DNA from: Spirochaetales bacterium
Lineage (GTDB): Bacteria; Spirochaetota; Spirochaetia; JABMQR01
Assembly (NCBI GenBank): GCA_018399255.1
Contig: JAGYPA010000006.1
Span: 12,529-76,528, forward strand
Direction of reading: 5' to 3'
DNA length: 64,000 nt
Part shown: piece by piece, positions 1-8,976 of the stretch
Position numbering within the stretch: position 1 is the first letter of the stretch
Layout of the letters: each line of letters starts with the position of its first letter
Made by a program: the position numbers and the translations under genes
Notes under the pieces: generated by a model
What the model saw: only the letters and a program-made list of their open reading frames with translations
Database searches by the model: none
Told to the model about the DNA's origin: nothing

Positions 1-118
1 CTATCCCTTTAGCAATTCCGGCCTCAACCATCTGTCCCACCGAGGCAGCATCGCGATTATCCGAATAACGGGTATGAAAATGTACATCAGCATACCGGAG
101 GTCATACCTTTCCAACAC
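1..118 (-). CDS. PHP-domain metal-dependent phosphoesterase, N-terminal fragment running off the window
   Basis: Not in the ORF track because it is partial. Minus-strand GTG at 118 is preceded by AAGAGGAAG. Translation VLERYDLRYADVHFHTRYSDNRDAASVGQMVEAGIAKGI carries the D-x-H-x-H-T-x-YSD motif of PHP proteins. It overlaps the stop of the upstream regulator by 17 nt. Confidence 0.45.
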   Translation of the reverse strand, partial: MLERYDLRYADVHFHTRYSDNRDAASVGQMVEAGIAKGI

Positions 119-1169
119 TCTTCCTCTTTATAACATCGGAGGCAATTTTCATCTCGAGCTTTCCCTCCGTCTTGCCTTCGATCATATCCAGCAGCAGCTG
201 TACGGCATAATAGCCGATGGCATCACAGCGCTGTACAACGGCGGTAAGGAAATTACTGCGCAGGCTGGTAAAGCAGTGGTCATCAAATGAGCAGATTGAA
301 AAATCTCCCGGCACTTCAAGCCCGCGGCTTTCCAGATTGATATAGAGATCCCGAATCAGTTCGCACTCCAGACTGAAGACCGCTGTAGCCCCGCTTGCCA
401 GGAGACTGGCGCTGAATTCATCATCAACCGGTTTCGTATCAAGGTTGAATCGGACAAGATTTGTCATAGGTATATCATGATCCTGATACCACTCCTTAAC
501 TCCGCTGATTCGCAGCTTTATTGACGGCTTGCTGGTGTTGCGGTAGAGCAGCGCGATTTTACGATGGCCATGTTCGAAGAGAAGATCCATCATCTCATAG
601 GCTGCCTTTCGATGGTCAGTCATGATGCAGCTTCCCTGGTACTCAGGCAGATAGTTGTCAATCTGAATTATCGGCAGTCCCTGACGTTCGAGTTTCCTGA
701 TATTGGCGGCAAAAAGCCGTCCGGCAGCCCGGTCGGGGGGAACTATGGGAATAAAGATTATGCCGGCCTTCCGGTGATTCGGAATCATGTTCATCACTTC
801 TATCTGCTCGAAGACATCTTTTCCCGGCTTTTTCAGAATGAGATGGATATTCTTGTAGGAGCTGTCGTCGAGGGCTGCCCGCATGCCCTGAATGATGCGC
901 GCTTCAAGATTGATGCTGTCCGAGGGCAAAACAGCGTAGATATCTACCGGCTCGGGGATGGTGGAATCTTTGACATAGCTGCCGCTGCCCTGGATAGTAT
1001 ACAGAAACCCCTCTGCGGCCAGATTTTCCAAGGCCCGGCGGACCGGATTACGGCTGATCCGGAGCTTCTCCATCAGCTCATCCTCTGAAGGAATCTTCTT
1101 CCCGGGCAGATAGCTTCCGGCTGCAATCTTATCCTTGATGTACTGCTCGGCCTGTTCGTATTTCTTCAT
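102..1169 (-). CDS. AraR-like transcriptional regulator (GntR-type HTH fused to a LacI/PBP1 sugar-binding domain)
   Basis: 355-aa ORF. N-terminal GntR winged HTH (ELMEKLRISRNPVRRALENLAAEGFLYTIQGSGSYV) followed by a periplasmic-binding-protein type 1 fold. It lies directly 3' of the ABC operon with a 2-nt gap. Confidence 0.85.
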   Translation of the reverse strand: MKKYEQAEQYIKDKIAAGSYLPGKKIPSEDELMEKLRISRNPVRRALENLAAEGFLYTIQGSGSYVKDSTIPEPVDIYAVLPSDSINLEARIIQGMRAALDDSSYKNIHLILKKPGKDVFEQIEVMNMIPNHRKAGIIFIPIVPPDRAAGRLFAANIRKLERQGLPIIQIDNYLPEYQGSCIMTDHRKAAYEMMDLLFEHGHRKIALLYRNTSKPSIKLRISGVKEWYQDHDIPMTNLVRFNLDTKPVDDEFSASLLASGATAVFSLECELIRDLYINLESRGLEVPGDFSICSFDDHCFTSLRSNFLTAVVQRCDAIGYYAVQLLLDMIEGKTEGKLEMKIASDVIKRKSVGKV

Positions 1170-1171
1170 AG

Positions 1172-2041
1172 TTATTCCTTAACAGCTCCAACCATTATAC
1201 CGGATATGAAATATTTCTGGGCAAGAATGTACACCAGCAGCAGCGGGATTATGGAAACGACAATGCCTGCCATTCTGGCATTGTTGGCAACTGACTGGGT
1301 GGTGCTGGTAAGCTCCGAGCTTACCACGAGGCTTTTCAGCGCTATCTGCAGGGTATACTTATCTGTCGAGTTGATAAACAGCACAGCCGGCAGGAAATGG
1401 TTCCAGCGGCTGACGAACTGAAAAATGCCGATGGTCGCTATACCGGGTTTTGCAAGGGGCAGGTAGACCTTTGCAAATACGATCCATTCGTTGGCCCCAT
1501 CAATGACAGCTGATTCTTCAAGAGATCTGGGGATACTTTCAAAGTAGTTTTTCATCAGCAAAATGCTGAATGTCGAGACTATGTCTATGAGAATGAGGGA
1601 AGAGAGGGTGTCGATAAGGCCGAATCTCCGCATAGTGACAAAAACAGGGATTATTATCATCTGAAAGGGAATCATCATCGGGACGGTAATCAGAACCACT
1701 GCCAGCGTTTTCCCGGGGAAGCGGGACCGGACCAGAACGAATCCGGCCATGGAGCAGAGAAGGATGTGTATCAATGTTCCGCTGACTGTTACTATGGTGT
1801 TGTTGAGCAGCGGTCCTGCAATGGCTACTCTTCTGAAGAGGTTGATATAGCCGATTATGCTGAACTCCCGGGGAAAGAGCTTGATGGTATTTTCGTACGA
1901 TTCCAGATTGGTGGTAAACGACACCGCCAGTACGTTGAGAAATGGTATAATCATTGTCATGGCAAGAATCATCAGGAAGGTGATGTTCACTGCAGAAAAT
2001 ATGCGTTTTCCCGTTGTCCTGCGGTAAAGCCTGCTATACAT
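1172..2041 (-). CDS. carbohydrate ABC transporter permease (MalG-like, CUT1)
   Basis: 289-aa ORF with multiple TM helices and an EAA loop (ESAVIDGANEWIVFAKVYLPLAKPG). It overlaps the upstream permease by 8 nt. Confidence 0.9.
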   Translation of the reverse strand: MYSRLYRRTTGKRIFSAVNITFLMILAMTMIIPFLNVLAVSFTTNLESYENTIKLFPREFSIIGYINLFRRVAIAGPLLNNTIVTVSGTLIHILLCSMAGFVLVRSRFPGKTLAVVLITVPMMIPFQMIIIPVFVTMRRFGLIDTLSSLILIDIVSTFSILLMKNYFESIPRSLEESAVIDGANEWIVFAKVYLPLAKPGIATIGIFQFVSRWNHFLPAVLFINSTDKYTLQIALKSLVVSSELTSTTQSVANNARMAGIVVSIIPLLLVYILAQKYFISGIMVGAVKE

Positions 2042-2951
2042 GATATTTTGTTACTCTCCTTACTAACAGGGTAACAAGAAGCGTTATGAGAAAGATAAAG
2101 ACCGATATTGCCGAGGCGTAGCCGATTTTGAATTGCTCGAGTCCGTGGATATAGACATAATACATAAGTACATCGATTTTTTCTGCAATTACTTCGTTGC
2201 GGAGAACGTAGATCTGGTCAAAAATTCTCAAGGCGCCCATCACATTGAGCAGCATAACAACCTTCAGGGTGCCAGTCAGCTCAGGTACGGTAATATACCA
2301 GGCCCGCTGGGCCGAATTGGCGCCGTCTATCAGGGCAGCTTCGTATATTTCCGGGTTTATGCCCGATATGGCAGCCAGGAAGAGGATACAGACATACCCT
2401 GCCTGTTTCCAGAGATTAATGCCGATCATCAGGCCTCGGGCATACTTTTCTACGACAAAAAAGTAGATTGATTCCTGGTCGAAGAGCACCCTGGCTGCGT
2501 TTACCAGCCCGTTGGGAGAGAGGATGAACACCCACAGCCCGCCCACTACTACCCAGGAAAGGATATGTGGCAGGTAGAGGATAGACTGGAAGGTTCGCTT
2601 GAATCCCCGGTTGGCAACTTCGTTCAGGGAGAGCGCGATAAACATGGGGACAAAGGCGGTGAGCAGTACATTGCTCAGGCCAAGGATAAGGGTATTGCCG
2701 AAGACCCTCCAGAATCCCGGGGTGATGAACATTGTCCTATAGTTTTCCAGACCGATATAGCTGCTTGCCCCGACGAACCGGAAGTCCTGGAGGCTCATCT
2801 TGATGCCGTCAGCAAGCGGGAAAAATGAAAAGGTGATAAAGTAGGCAGCAGCCGGGAGGATCATAAGATAGAGGAGCCGGTTTCGGGAAAACTGGGAAGT
2901 CAGGGGGCTTTTTTTCTTCATTCGATCTCCATGATGCTCATTATATAACAA
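2034..2951 (-). CDS. sugar ABC transporter permease (MalF/LplB-like)
   Basis: 305-aa ORF with an EAA loop (EAALIDGANSAQRAWYITVPEL) and 6 predicted TM helices. The start may be the internal MKKKS. Confidence 0.9.
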   Translation of the reverse strand: MLYNEHHGDRMKKKSPLTSQFSRNRLLYLMILPAAAYFITFSFFPLADGIKMSLQDFRFVGASSYIGLENYRTMFITPGFWRVFGNTLILGLSNVLLTAFVPMFIALSLNEVANRGFKRTFQSILYLPHILSWVVVGGLWVFILSPNGLVNAARVLFDQESIYFFVVEKYARGLMIGINLWKQAGYVCILFLAAISGINPEIYEAALIDGANSAQRAWYITVPELTGTLKVVMLLNVMGALRIFDQIYVLRNEVIAEKIDVLMYYVYIHGLEQFKIGYASAISVFIFLITLLVTLLVRRVTKYHV

Positions 2952-3020
2952 TGCCGCCCGACCAGCTCACAGGATTAACTCAAGCTCCTGCCGGGCCGGT
3001 CGGTCGGTACAAATGGAGCT

Positions 3021-4430
3021 CTAAAAGATTCCTTCTTCCTTGAAGCGCCGATTCATGCTGGCGATACCCTGCTGAGGGGTAATGGTTCCCATGATAATCT
3101 TCGCAGCTTCGGAACGGGTTACATCTTCCCAAATCTTATCATAGGGGGTTACCATTTGGGGAACACCATAGTTCAAAATTATTTCGGCTGCTTCGTCGAA
3201 TCCTTCAAGTTCTCCAAAGGGGTTTACCCACTGCAGCGATTTCGGCTGGGGTGCTCCGTGGTCCATGGCATGCTGCTTGCCGATTTCGGTCAGCTTGTAC
3301 TTTCCATTTTCGAGTACATAATCGTGCCCATCGATACCGAGGGTGGAGAGGATGTTTCCCTGATGGGTGTGCCAAAATTCCATTATCTTGAAGGCGGCAT
3401 CCTTGTTCTCCGATTCCCTGGGGATTGCCATCAATCCATCCTGGCCGGAAAGCAGCCTTCTGTGTCCGTCCGGTCCGACCGGCGGGTTGAGACCGCGGGC
3501 TTTGAATGGGGATGCGGGATTATCAGCCTTAACCGTCTGGTTGAACAGTCCTACCCAGGCAGCCCAATAGAAGGTCATACCAGCCTGATCGGTCATAAAC
3601 ATATCCCGGAAGTTAGCAGAGTTGTTGGTGATGAAATTCGGTTCAAGCAAGCCTTCCCGATAGACTCTTGCAAGAAATTCATAGACGGGCACGGCCTTTT
3701 CGGTTGCATAAGGGGAATAGAGGCTGCCTTTGGCATCATGCTGAAATCCTCTGGCCAGATCATAAGCCCCGAAGAGAGCGTTTGTCTCATAGAGGGTATA
3801 CCCGATCACCATTCCGTAAGTGTCATCCTTTCCGTTTCCATCGGGATCATCAAAAGTGAACGCTTTGAGTATCTCATAGTAGTCTTCCAGGGTTTCGGGT
3901 TCATCCAGACCCAGTTTTTCCATCCAATCATAGCGCACGATCGGAAGGGTTCCCTGTTCGAATTTGTTGAAGACGCCGTAGATCTCTCCGTCTTCATACT
4001 TGATTCTGTCCCATTCGGCCTGAGGGATGACTGCTTCATCGCTCAGTACCGGGGATGCCTCTATCCGTTTGGTGAGGGGTTCGAAAAGGTCCTGTTCCAT
4101 CAGTCTTGCCATCGTGCCGGCATTCAAATAGACGAGATCTACCGGTTCTCCGGTCGCCAGCATGGTTGTCAGTTTTGTATCGTATTCGCTTGACGGCGGT
4201 TTGATCAGTTCTACTTCTATACCAGTGAGTCTTTCAACCTCTTCGGCAAACAGCGGGTCTTCCGCGGGCTCACGTCCTCCCTGAACTGAGGTTACCCAGG
4301 TAACCTTTTCCGGTTTCGCTTCCTCTACTCCGCCGGCATAGATGGTTGTGACGGCAAATAGAAGCAGGAATGCGATCAGCAGGCTGATTTTTTGCATCTT
4401 CATAGATTTCTTTGGTTTCATAGGTTTCAT
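3021..4430 (-). CDS. ABC transporter extracellular solute-binding protein (family 1, sugar type)
   Basis: 469-aa ORF with a signal-peptide-like N-terminus (KISLLIAFLLLFAVTTIYAGG). It is the first gene of the operon, downstream of an AT-rich promoter island. The exact start Met is uncertain. Confidence 0.9.
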   Translation of the reverse strand: MKPMKPKKSMKMQKISLLIAFLLLFAVTTIYAGGVEEAKPEKVTWVTSVQGGREPAEDPLFAEEVERLTGIEVELIKPPSSEYDTKLTTMLATGEPVDLVYLNAGTMARLMEQDLFEPLTKRIEASPVLSDEAVIPQAEWDRIKYEDGEIYGVFNKFEQGTLPIVRYDWMEKLGLDEPETLEDYYEILKAFTFDDPDGNGKDDTYGMVIGYTLYETNALFGAYDLARGFQHDAKGSLYSPYATEKAVPVYEFLARVYREGLLEPNFITNNSANFRDMFMTDQAGMTFYWAAWVGLFNQTVKADNPASPFKARGLNPPVGPDGHRRLLSGQDGLMAIPRESENKDAAFKIMEFWHTHQGNILSTLGIDGHDYVLENGKYKLTEIGKQHAMDHGAPQPKSLQWVNPFGELEGFDEAAEIILNYGVPQMVTPYDKIWEDVTRSEAAKIIMGTITPQQGIASMNRRFKEEGIF

Positions 4431-4557
4431 AGAAATTCCTCCTTAACTTTCCTTCATTATAGGTTTGTGATTTTATTTTTGTCAATTTATTATCTTTTTT
4501 ATGCGTATTGTTTTCAAACTCTTAATATATATAAATTTATTTACTATTTATAATTTA

Positions 4558-4583
4558 GTTATTATCATATTCATTATTATTTT
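4558..4583. promoter_or_regulatory. AT-rich promoter-island motif GTTATTAT-N7-ATTATTATTTT (copy 1)
   Basis: Lies 128 nt upstream of the minus-strand SBP start. The same two blocks with the same 7-nt spacing recur at 29137-29162 upstream of the LacI gene. Confidence 0.3.
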
Positions 4584-4736
4584 GAAATTTTTCGGCAGGC
4601 TTCATGTCTTTAAGCAATCTTTGAGGATCCCATAACTGACCGATAAGCTTGATGCGGAATAGGAAATGCGGAATAGGAAATCTCCAATTTCCAACGGAAA
4701 TCCAATTTCCAACGCTTCTGAGCGCCCGCCGGGCGC

Positions 4737-4881
4737 TTAAGTCCGGCTCACTTCACACATGTCACACGAGTAGAAATTCGGCAGCCGATAAGTGCCTGTT
4801 ATGTAATAACCTGCCGTCACTCCTGAAAAATGGTTAAGGTCGGCTTAACATACACGAGTCCCACGAGCAGCGGCCGGTCCC
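4737..4881 (-). repeat. 146-nt composite repeat, copy 1 (left arm of palindrome)
   Basis: Contains two 37-nt subrepeats (4737-4773 and 4834-4870, read on the minus strand as CTACTCGTGKGAC...AGCCGRMCTTAA). Their starts are exactly 97 nt apart. A GGGACCGGCCG clamp follows. Confidence 0.8.
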
Positions 4882-4974
4882 ATGATATCGGCACTCGACT
4901 AACCTATTTACCCTTCCTGGGTATGTATTTGCTTGTTGTAATATATGTTTTTTTAGATCGCTGCCCCATGCAAA

Positions 4975-5121
4975 ATCCAGCCTACTCCTACTCGTGGGAC
5001 TCATGTGTTTTGAGCCTGGCTTGAGGTTTTCAGGGACCTCTCAGCAGCTCTTTGCCCTGAAACAACATATTAACCTCCTTCCGGCTGCTCGTGCGACATG
5101 TGTAAAATGAGCCTGCCTTAA
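4975..5121 (+). repeat. 146-nt composite repeat, copy 2 (right arm of palindrome)
   Basis: Subrepeats at 4988-5024 and 5085-5121, again 97 nt apart. It is the reverse complement of copy 1, with good end matches and a divergent 60-nt middle. Confidence 0.8.
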
Positions 5122-5303
5122 CCGAGTTCGCAGCTGCACAGAAATTCGAATTCTGACATCCATTTGCGCACCCATTTGCGTTAGGTTCCTGATTCCTCGT
5201 TGGGTTCCCCGTTCCCCGTTCCCCGTCCCCCGCATAAAGACTGGTCAGACGCAGAAATGTCGGATAGTATACTGATATAGTTTCATCAAGAAAGGAGCCA
5301 TCT

Positions 5304-6539
5304 ATGCAGATATGCATGACAAAGCCTCTGCTTGAAGCGACTGGGATCAAACCAGTGCGCCAAGCCGGAATCGACCCGCAGTTCCGCTGGAGCGCCAAGC
5401 TGACAAAAATAGAAAAGAAACTCAGCCTTATTCTCTGCAATGACCAAACGCGTTTAACCTGTATATTGTATAATCTGAAGAAAAAGGAGATTCTCAATCT
5501 CGGACTGCTTATTGTCAAGACCATTCGGGAATCTCTGCAGGACCTGGGTATAAGTGAAAATTTGATCGAAACATACTTCGAGCTGGCCGGCGAACCTGCA
5601 GTTACCACCATAAAGGGAAAATCCTATGAAAGCCGGCTTGATGCTGTTGAGAAAGAAATTGATGCAAGAATGGGGTTTCTTGATACTGACAACACGTATC
5701 AATCGCTCCTGTCTGATATCGTCAACGCCACTGCCGTTATAACCCGCAGAGCAGACGGGAAACAATATCCATACATCACCATGAATAGACTGCTGGAAAC
5801 CCTGCACGAAGAGAACCGCGGCAGCGGCAGGAAAAAATCTAAAGACACTCAGCATGCTTATACCCTGTTCATACAATCTGAACAGTATAACCGAGAACTT
5901 TGGAGAAAGGTTATCGTACCCCCTGACATCACATTCCGACAGCTTCATTATGTTATGCAGGTCCTTTTTGATTACGATAATGACCATCTCTTCGAATTCA
6001 TTATTCAGGATATTTTCGGCTGGGCTAAAATTCGGCCGCAGTCAATGATAGATGAAAACTGGATTGATCCGTTCGATGGTGATGAGATGCTCTCAGATAC
6101 AAAGATCTCCCTGAAAAAGGTTGTAAAAGACAGAGCCGATCTTCACATGTACTATCGCTACAATTTTTTCGCTGACTGGATTCATTACATCCGGGTTCAG
6201 CGGATTCAGGTCGATCAACCGGTCACCGAACCTGAGCTGCAGTTCGGATTTGATCAGCAGCTTGGTGGTTCCTCTAGTCTGGAATTATCTGACACAGAGG
6301 AAGAATTAGATGACGATGGCATCACTGATGACGAGGGCTTCAACGATACCGATGGCAATGACGATACCGATGGCAATGACGATACCGATGACGATACCGA
6401 TGGCGATTCTGGCGAGGTTTTTGATATCAGCGACTTTGATATTGAACCGTATTACATTCCTGATAAATTTCTTATGGATCTGGAACTGGAGCGCTGCATG
6501 GAAAAAGGAGTGAAAATCGGGTTCTTCTCCAAATTCTGA
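5304..6539 (+). CDS. DUF6933-like N-terminal domain + plasmid pRiA4b ORF-3-like (MM3350-like) domain protein with acidic repeat tail
   Basis: 411-aa ORF with AAAGGAG 6 nt upstream of the ATG. The core YTLFIQSEQYNRELWRKVIVPPDITFRQLHYVMQVLFDYDNDHLFEF matches the PRiA4_ORF3 pattern (Y-x-[LI]-x-[VI]-x-L...IWR[RK]-[VIL]-x-VP...[LF]H...Q...[FM]-x-[WY]-x-[DN]-x-H[LM]-x-x-F). The C-terminus is a D-rich tandem repeat. Confidence 0.8.
   Translation: MQICMTKPLLEATGIKPVRQAGIDPQFRWSAKLTKIEKKLSLILCNDQTRLTCILYNLKKKEILNLGLLIVKTIRESLQDLGISENLIETYFELAGEPAVTTIKGKSYESRLDAVEKEIDARMGFLDTDNTYQSLLSDIVNATAVITRRADGKQYPYITMNRLLETLHEENRGSGRKKSKDTQHAYTLFIQSEQYNRELWRKVIVPPDITFRQLHYVMQVLFDYDNDHLFEFIIQDIFGWAKIRPQSMIDENWIDPFDGDEMLSDTKISLKKVVKDRADLHMYYRYNFFADWIHYIRVQRIQVDQPVTEPELQFGFDQQLGGSSSLELSDTEEELDDDGITDDEGFNDTDGNDDTDGNDDTDDDTDGDSGEVFDISDFDIEPYYIPDKFLMDLELERCMEKGVKIGFFSKF
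6345..6407 (+). repeat. in-frame 18-nt tandem repeat (DTDGND units)
   Basis: GATACCGATGGCAATGAC occurs twice, plus two shortened units, inside CDS 5304-6539. Confidence 0.85.
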
Positions 6540-6620
6540 GCGAATGGGTTCTTGACACTTTCAGGCTGACACTCAGGCTGGCACTTATCTCAGGCCTGAA
6601 GGTGGAATCGAGGGATACGT

Positions 6621-7235
6621 TCAAGGCCAGGGAGAGTGTTCTCTAGACCTGAATTGCAGCGCATGCAGCCCGGTTGCCCGGGCTCCCCGATATTCGGCAG
6701 CAGATCATCGATAAACAGCATCTCTCCGGAGGAATGTCCATTTGCCTGACCGCATCCAGATAGATTTCCCGGTCCGGCTTGTTTATATGCAGCCAGCCCG
6801 AAAGTGCTCACTGCTCGAAATGTTTCAGCAGATAGCTGTCTCTGAGAATCATATCGTAGGTCTCGGCTGCCATGTTGGAGATAATCAGCAATCGGAAGCC
6901 GCTTTGCGCAAGGCCGCAGCCCAGCGAAGCATGGCAGATTGACGATGACCAGGCCAGGCACGAGGTACCAGCAGTTCTACTGTTTCTTCCGCGTACCTGT
7001 TTCCAGTTTTGCCAGGTCGGCTCCGCAATCCCGACTTACCGCTTTCCAATAGGCATCAGAGCGCATATCTCCTATATCGAAGCTGTGCCGAGGTGCCCAT
7101 AGGGCCTCCGCAAATCTGTCGGCATGGGCACCCAATACGTCAATATATTTGAGCTTCGTAAACTGTTGGTTTCAATCGATGCTTTGACAATACACCGCCA
7201 AAGTCAAAGGCTACTGTGGTGATTACGTTGTTCAT
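6621..7235 (-). pseudogene. HAD-superfamily hydrolase (subfamily IA-like), multiply frameshifted
   Basis: Minus-strand ATG at 7235 gives MNNVITTVAFDFGGVL (HAD motif I) and then a stop. Later motifs sit in other frames: LLIISNMAAETYDMIL, INKPDREIYLDAV, MLFIDDLLPNI, GARATGLHALQF. At least 3 frame changes are needed. Confidence 0.6.
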
Positions 7236-7310
7236 TCGTTCGGTAATTCTCTTTAACAAAAACTGGCTATATGCAAAGCAGGCATTTTCCTGGCAATTTC
7301 CCAGCAATAA

Positions 7311-8975
7311 TCAGAAAATTGTCAGACTATCGTGCGTCGGCTGTCTCCAAAGGTTAAGAACCAGCAAGGCCAGCCCGCTGGTGGCCAGCAGGATCGAAGC
7401 CATGGCGGATCCTGGTCCAAAATATCCATCCATAACGGAAAGATAGAAGAGGAGTACGGATCGGCATGGTTATGTTCCCGCCAACATAGAGCAGAATCGA
7501 TGTCGACAGCTCATTGATTGCGGTTACCCAGCTGAGCACAGCCCCGAAAATGATCCCCGGCAGTACGAGCGGCAGCGATATCTGGCAAAGCCCGGTGCCG
7601 GAGGTGCCGAGATGAATGATTCCGGCCTCCTCCAGGGCTGGATCGAGCTGCCGCAGTATCGATACGGCTGAACGAACGAATGTACGGCAGTCTCCTGATG
7701 AAGTAGGCCAGATAATTATCGCAGCGGTTCCATACAGTACAACAGGCCTGTTGAAGGTCGGGCCAAACCCGATACCCAGTACTGTTCCCGGTAGAATGTA
7801 GGGCTCATGAGCAGTGTGGTCAGCACCCCGTTCACAGTGTTTCTCCGCCGGCTGATTACAAACCCCAGCAAGGTTCCTACGATTACAATGAGTACAACTG
7901 CGGTTATCGAATAGATGAGACTGTTCGTTATCGCCTGAGGTACATCAAATATCACCCTGCGGAAACTGTCAAGACCGAATCCTTTCGTAAAGACCGGTCC
8001 GCTGGTATTACGGAAGGCAAATACCACGACAACCACGATCGGCAAGGTGCTCAAAGCCACAATAAAATAGGAGACCGCATGAACGGCCAGATTCTTATAT
8101 CCTTTCAGCCTGAGGACTACCGGCCGGTTGAGCAGGAGGCTGGTATACTTTCTCCTGTTGGCTGCATAGCGCTGGAGGAATATTGCCAGGCTCGCCGCAA
8201 ATACCAGGATGATGCTGATGGTCGAGGCCATTGCCGGGCGTGTTGCAACTTCGCTTGTGTACATGTTGTAGGCCATGGTGGGCAGGACTCGATATCGTGC
8301 TCCAATTATCATGGGGGTACCGAAATTTGCCAGGGACAGCATAAACGCCAGCAGGGCGCCGGATGTTATTGAGGGGATAACCAGCGGTACGGTGACCAGG
8401 AAGAACTTCCTCAGGGGCCGGGCTCCCAGATTCTCGGCAGCCTCTTCGAGTGAACGGTCGACGGTCTGCAGTCCGCTTGAGGTAAGCAGGTAGACAAAGG
8501 GATAAAACTGAAGAGAGTATACGATTATTATTCCCAGCGGTCCGTAAATTGTCGGAAAGTTGATCCCGAGGGTCATCAGCAGCTGTCGCAGAAATCCATT
8601 GCGGCCGAGCATTACAATCCATGCATAGGCTCCGAGAAAGGGAGGTGTCAGCAGTGCCAGGGTGGCCAATGTTGAGAGCAGGGCACTGCCGCGAATTCTG
8701 TACCGGGTTGTAAAGAAAGCCAATGGCACGCCGAGAAGTATTGCCCCGGCTGTTCCCCCGAGAGAGACAACCACGCTGTTGAGAAGCGCCCGCATATAAT
8801 AGGGTGTTGTGAAAAAGGTGATATAATTTCCTATCCCGAATTTTCCGGTCTCTGCATCATAAAAACTTTCCCGGACGATATTGAAGACTGGAAAAAATAT
8901 CAGAATAATAAAGATGATAAAACCGCCAAGGGTAACGGCTGACCAGAATCCATTTTTTCTCAACCAGTTCAGCAT
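7311..8975 (-). pseudogene. two-domain Fe3+/thiamine-type ABC permease (FbpB-like), 3' third multiply frameshifted
   Basis: An intact 419-aa ORF spans 7716-8975. The remaining ~135 codons are readable only by switching frame: PYILPGTVLGIGFGPTFNRPVVLYG, LAYFIRRLPYI, VRSAVSILRQLDPALEEAG, LSWVTAINELSTSILLYVGGN, SVLLFYLSVMDGYFGPGSAMA. That requires at least 4 shifts. Confidence 0.7.
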
Positions 8976-8976
8976 A

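Noticed and set aside
3156-4193. Long antisense ORFs opposite well-supported genes. Examples: 3156-4193, 21033-21938, 23578-24480, 26820-27674, 28190-28957, 36261-37061, 38323-38970, 40612-42210, 47425-48396, 51058-51729, 56041-56613.
   Set aside because: Each lies entirely within and opposite a gene with clear family motifs. Their translations are R/G/P/S-rich and low-complexity with no recognisable motif or RBS. This is the typical shadow-ORF pattern of mid to high GC DNA.
4737-5121. CRISPR array hypothesis for the 37-nt subrepeats
   Set aside because: There are only two subrepeats per unit, about 70% identical to each other, with a 60-nt spacer. The two units are inverted rather than direct. 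There are no cas genes in the window.
5085-5170. Group II intron 5' end (a GTGCGAC... string on the plus strand)
   Set aside because: GTGCG is part of subrepeat A, which occurs in other copies as GTGTG/GTGGG/GTGGA. I recognise no domain V/VI-like sequence and no reverse-transcriptase ORF.
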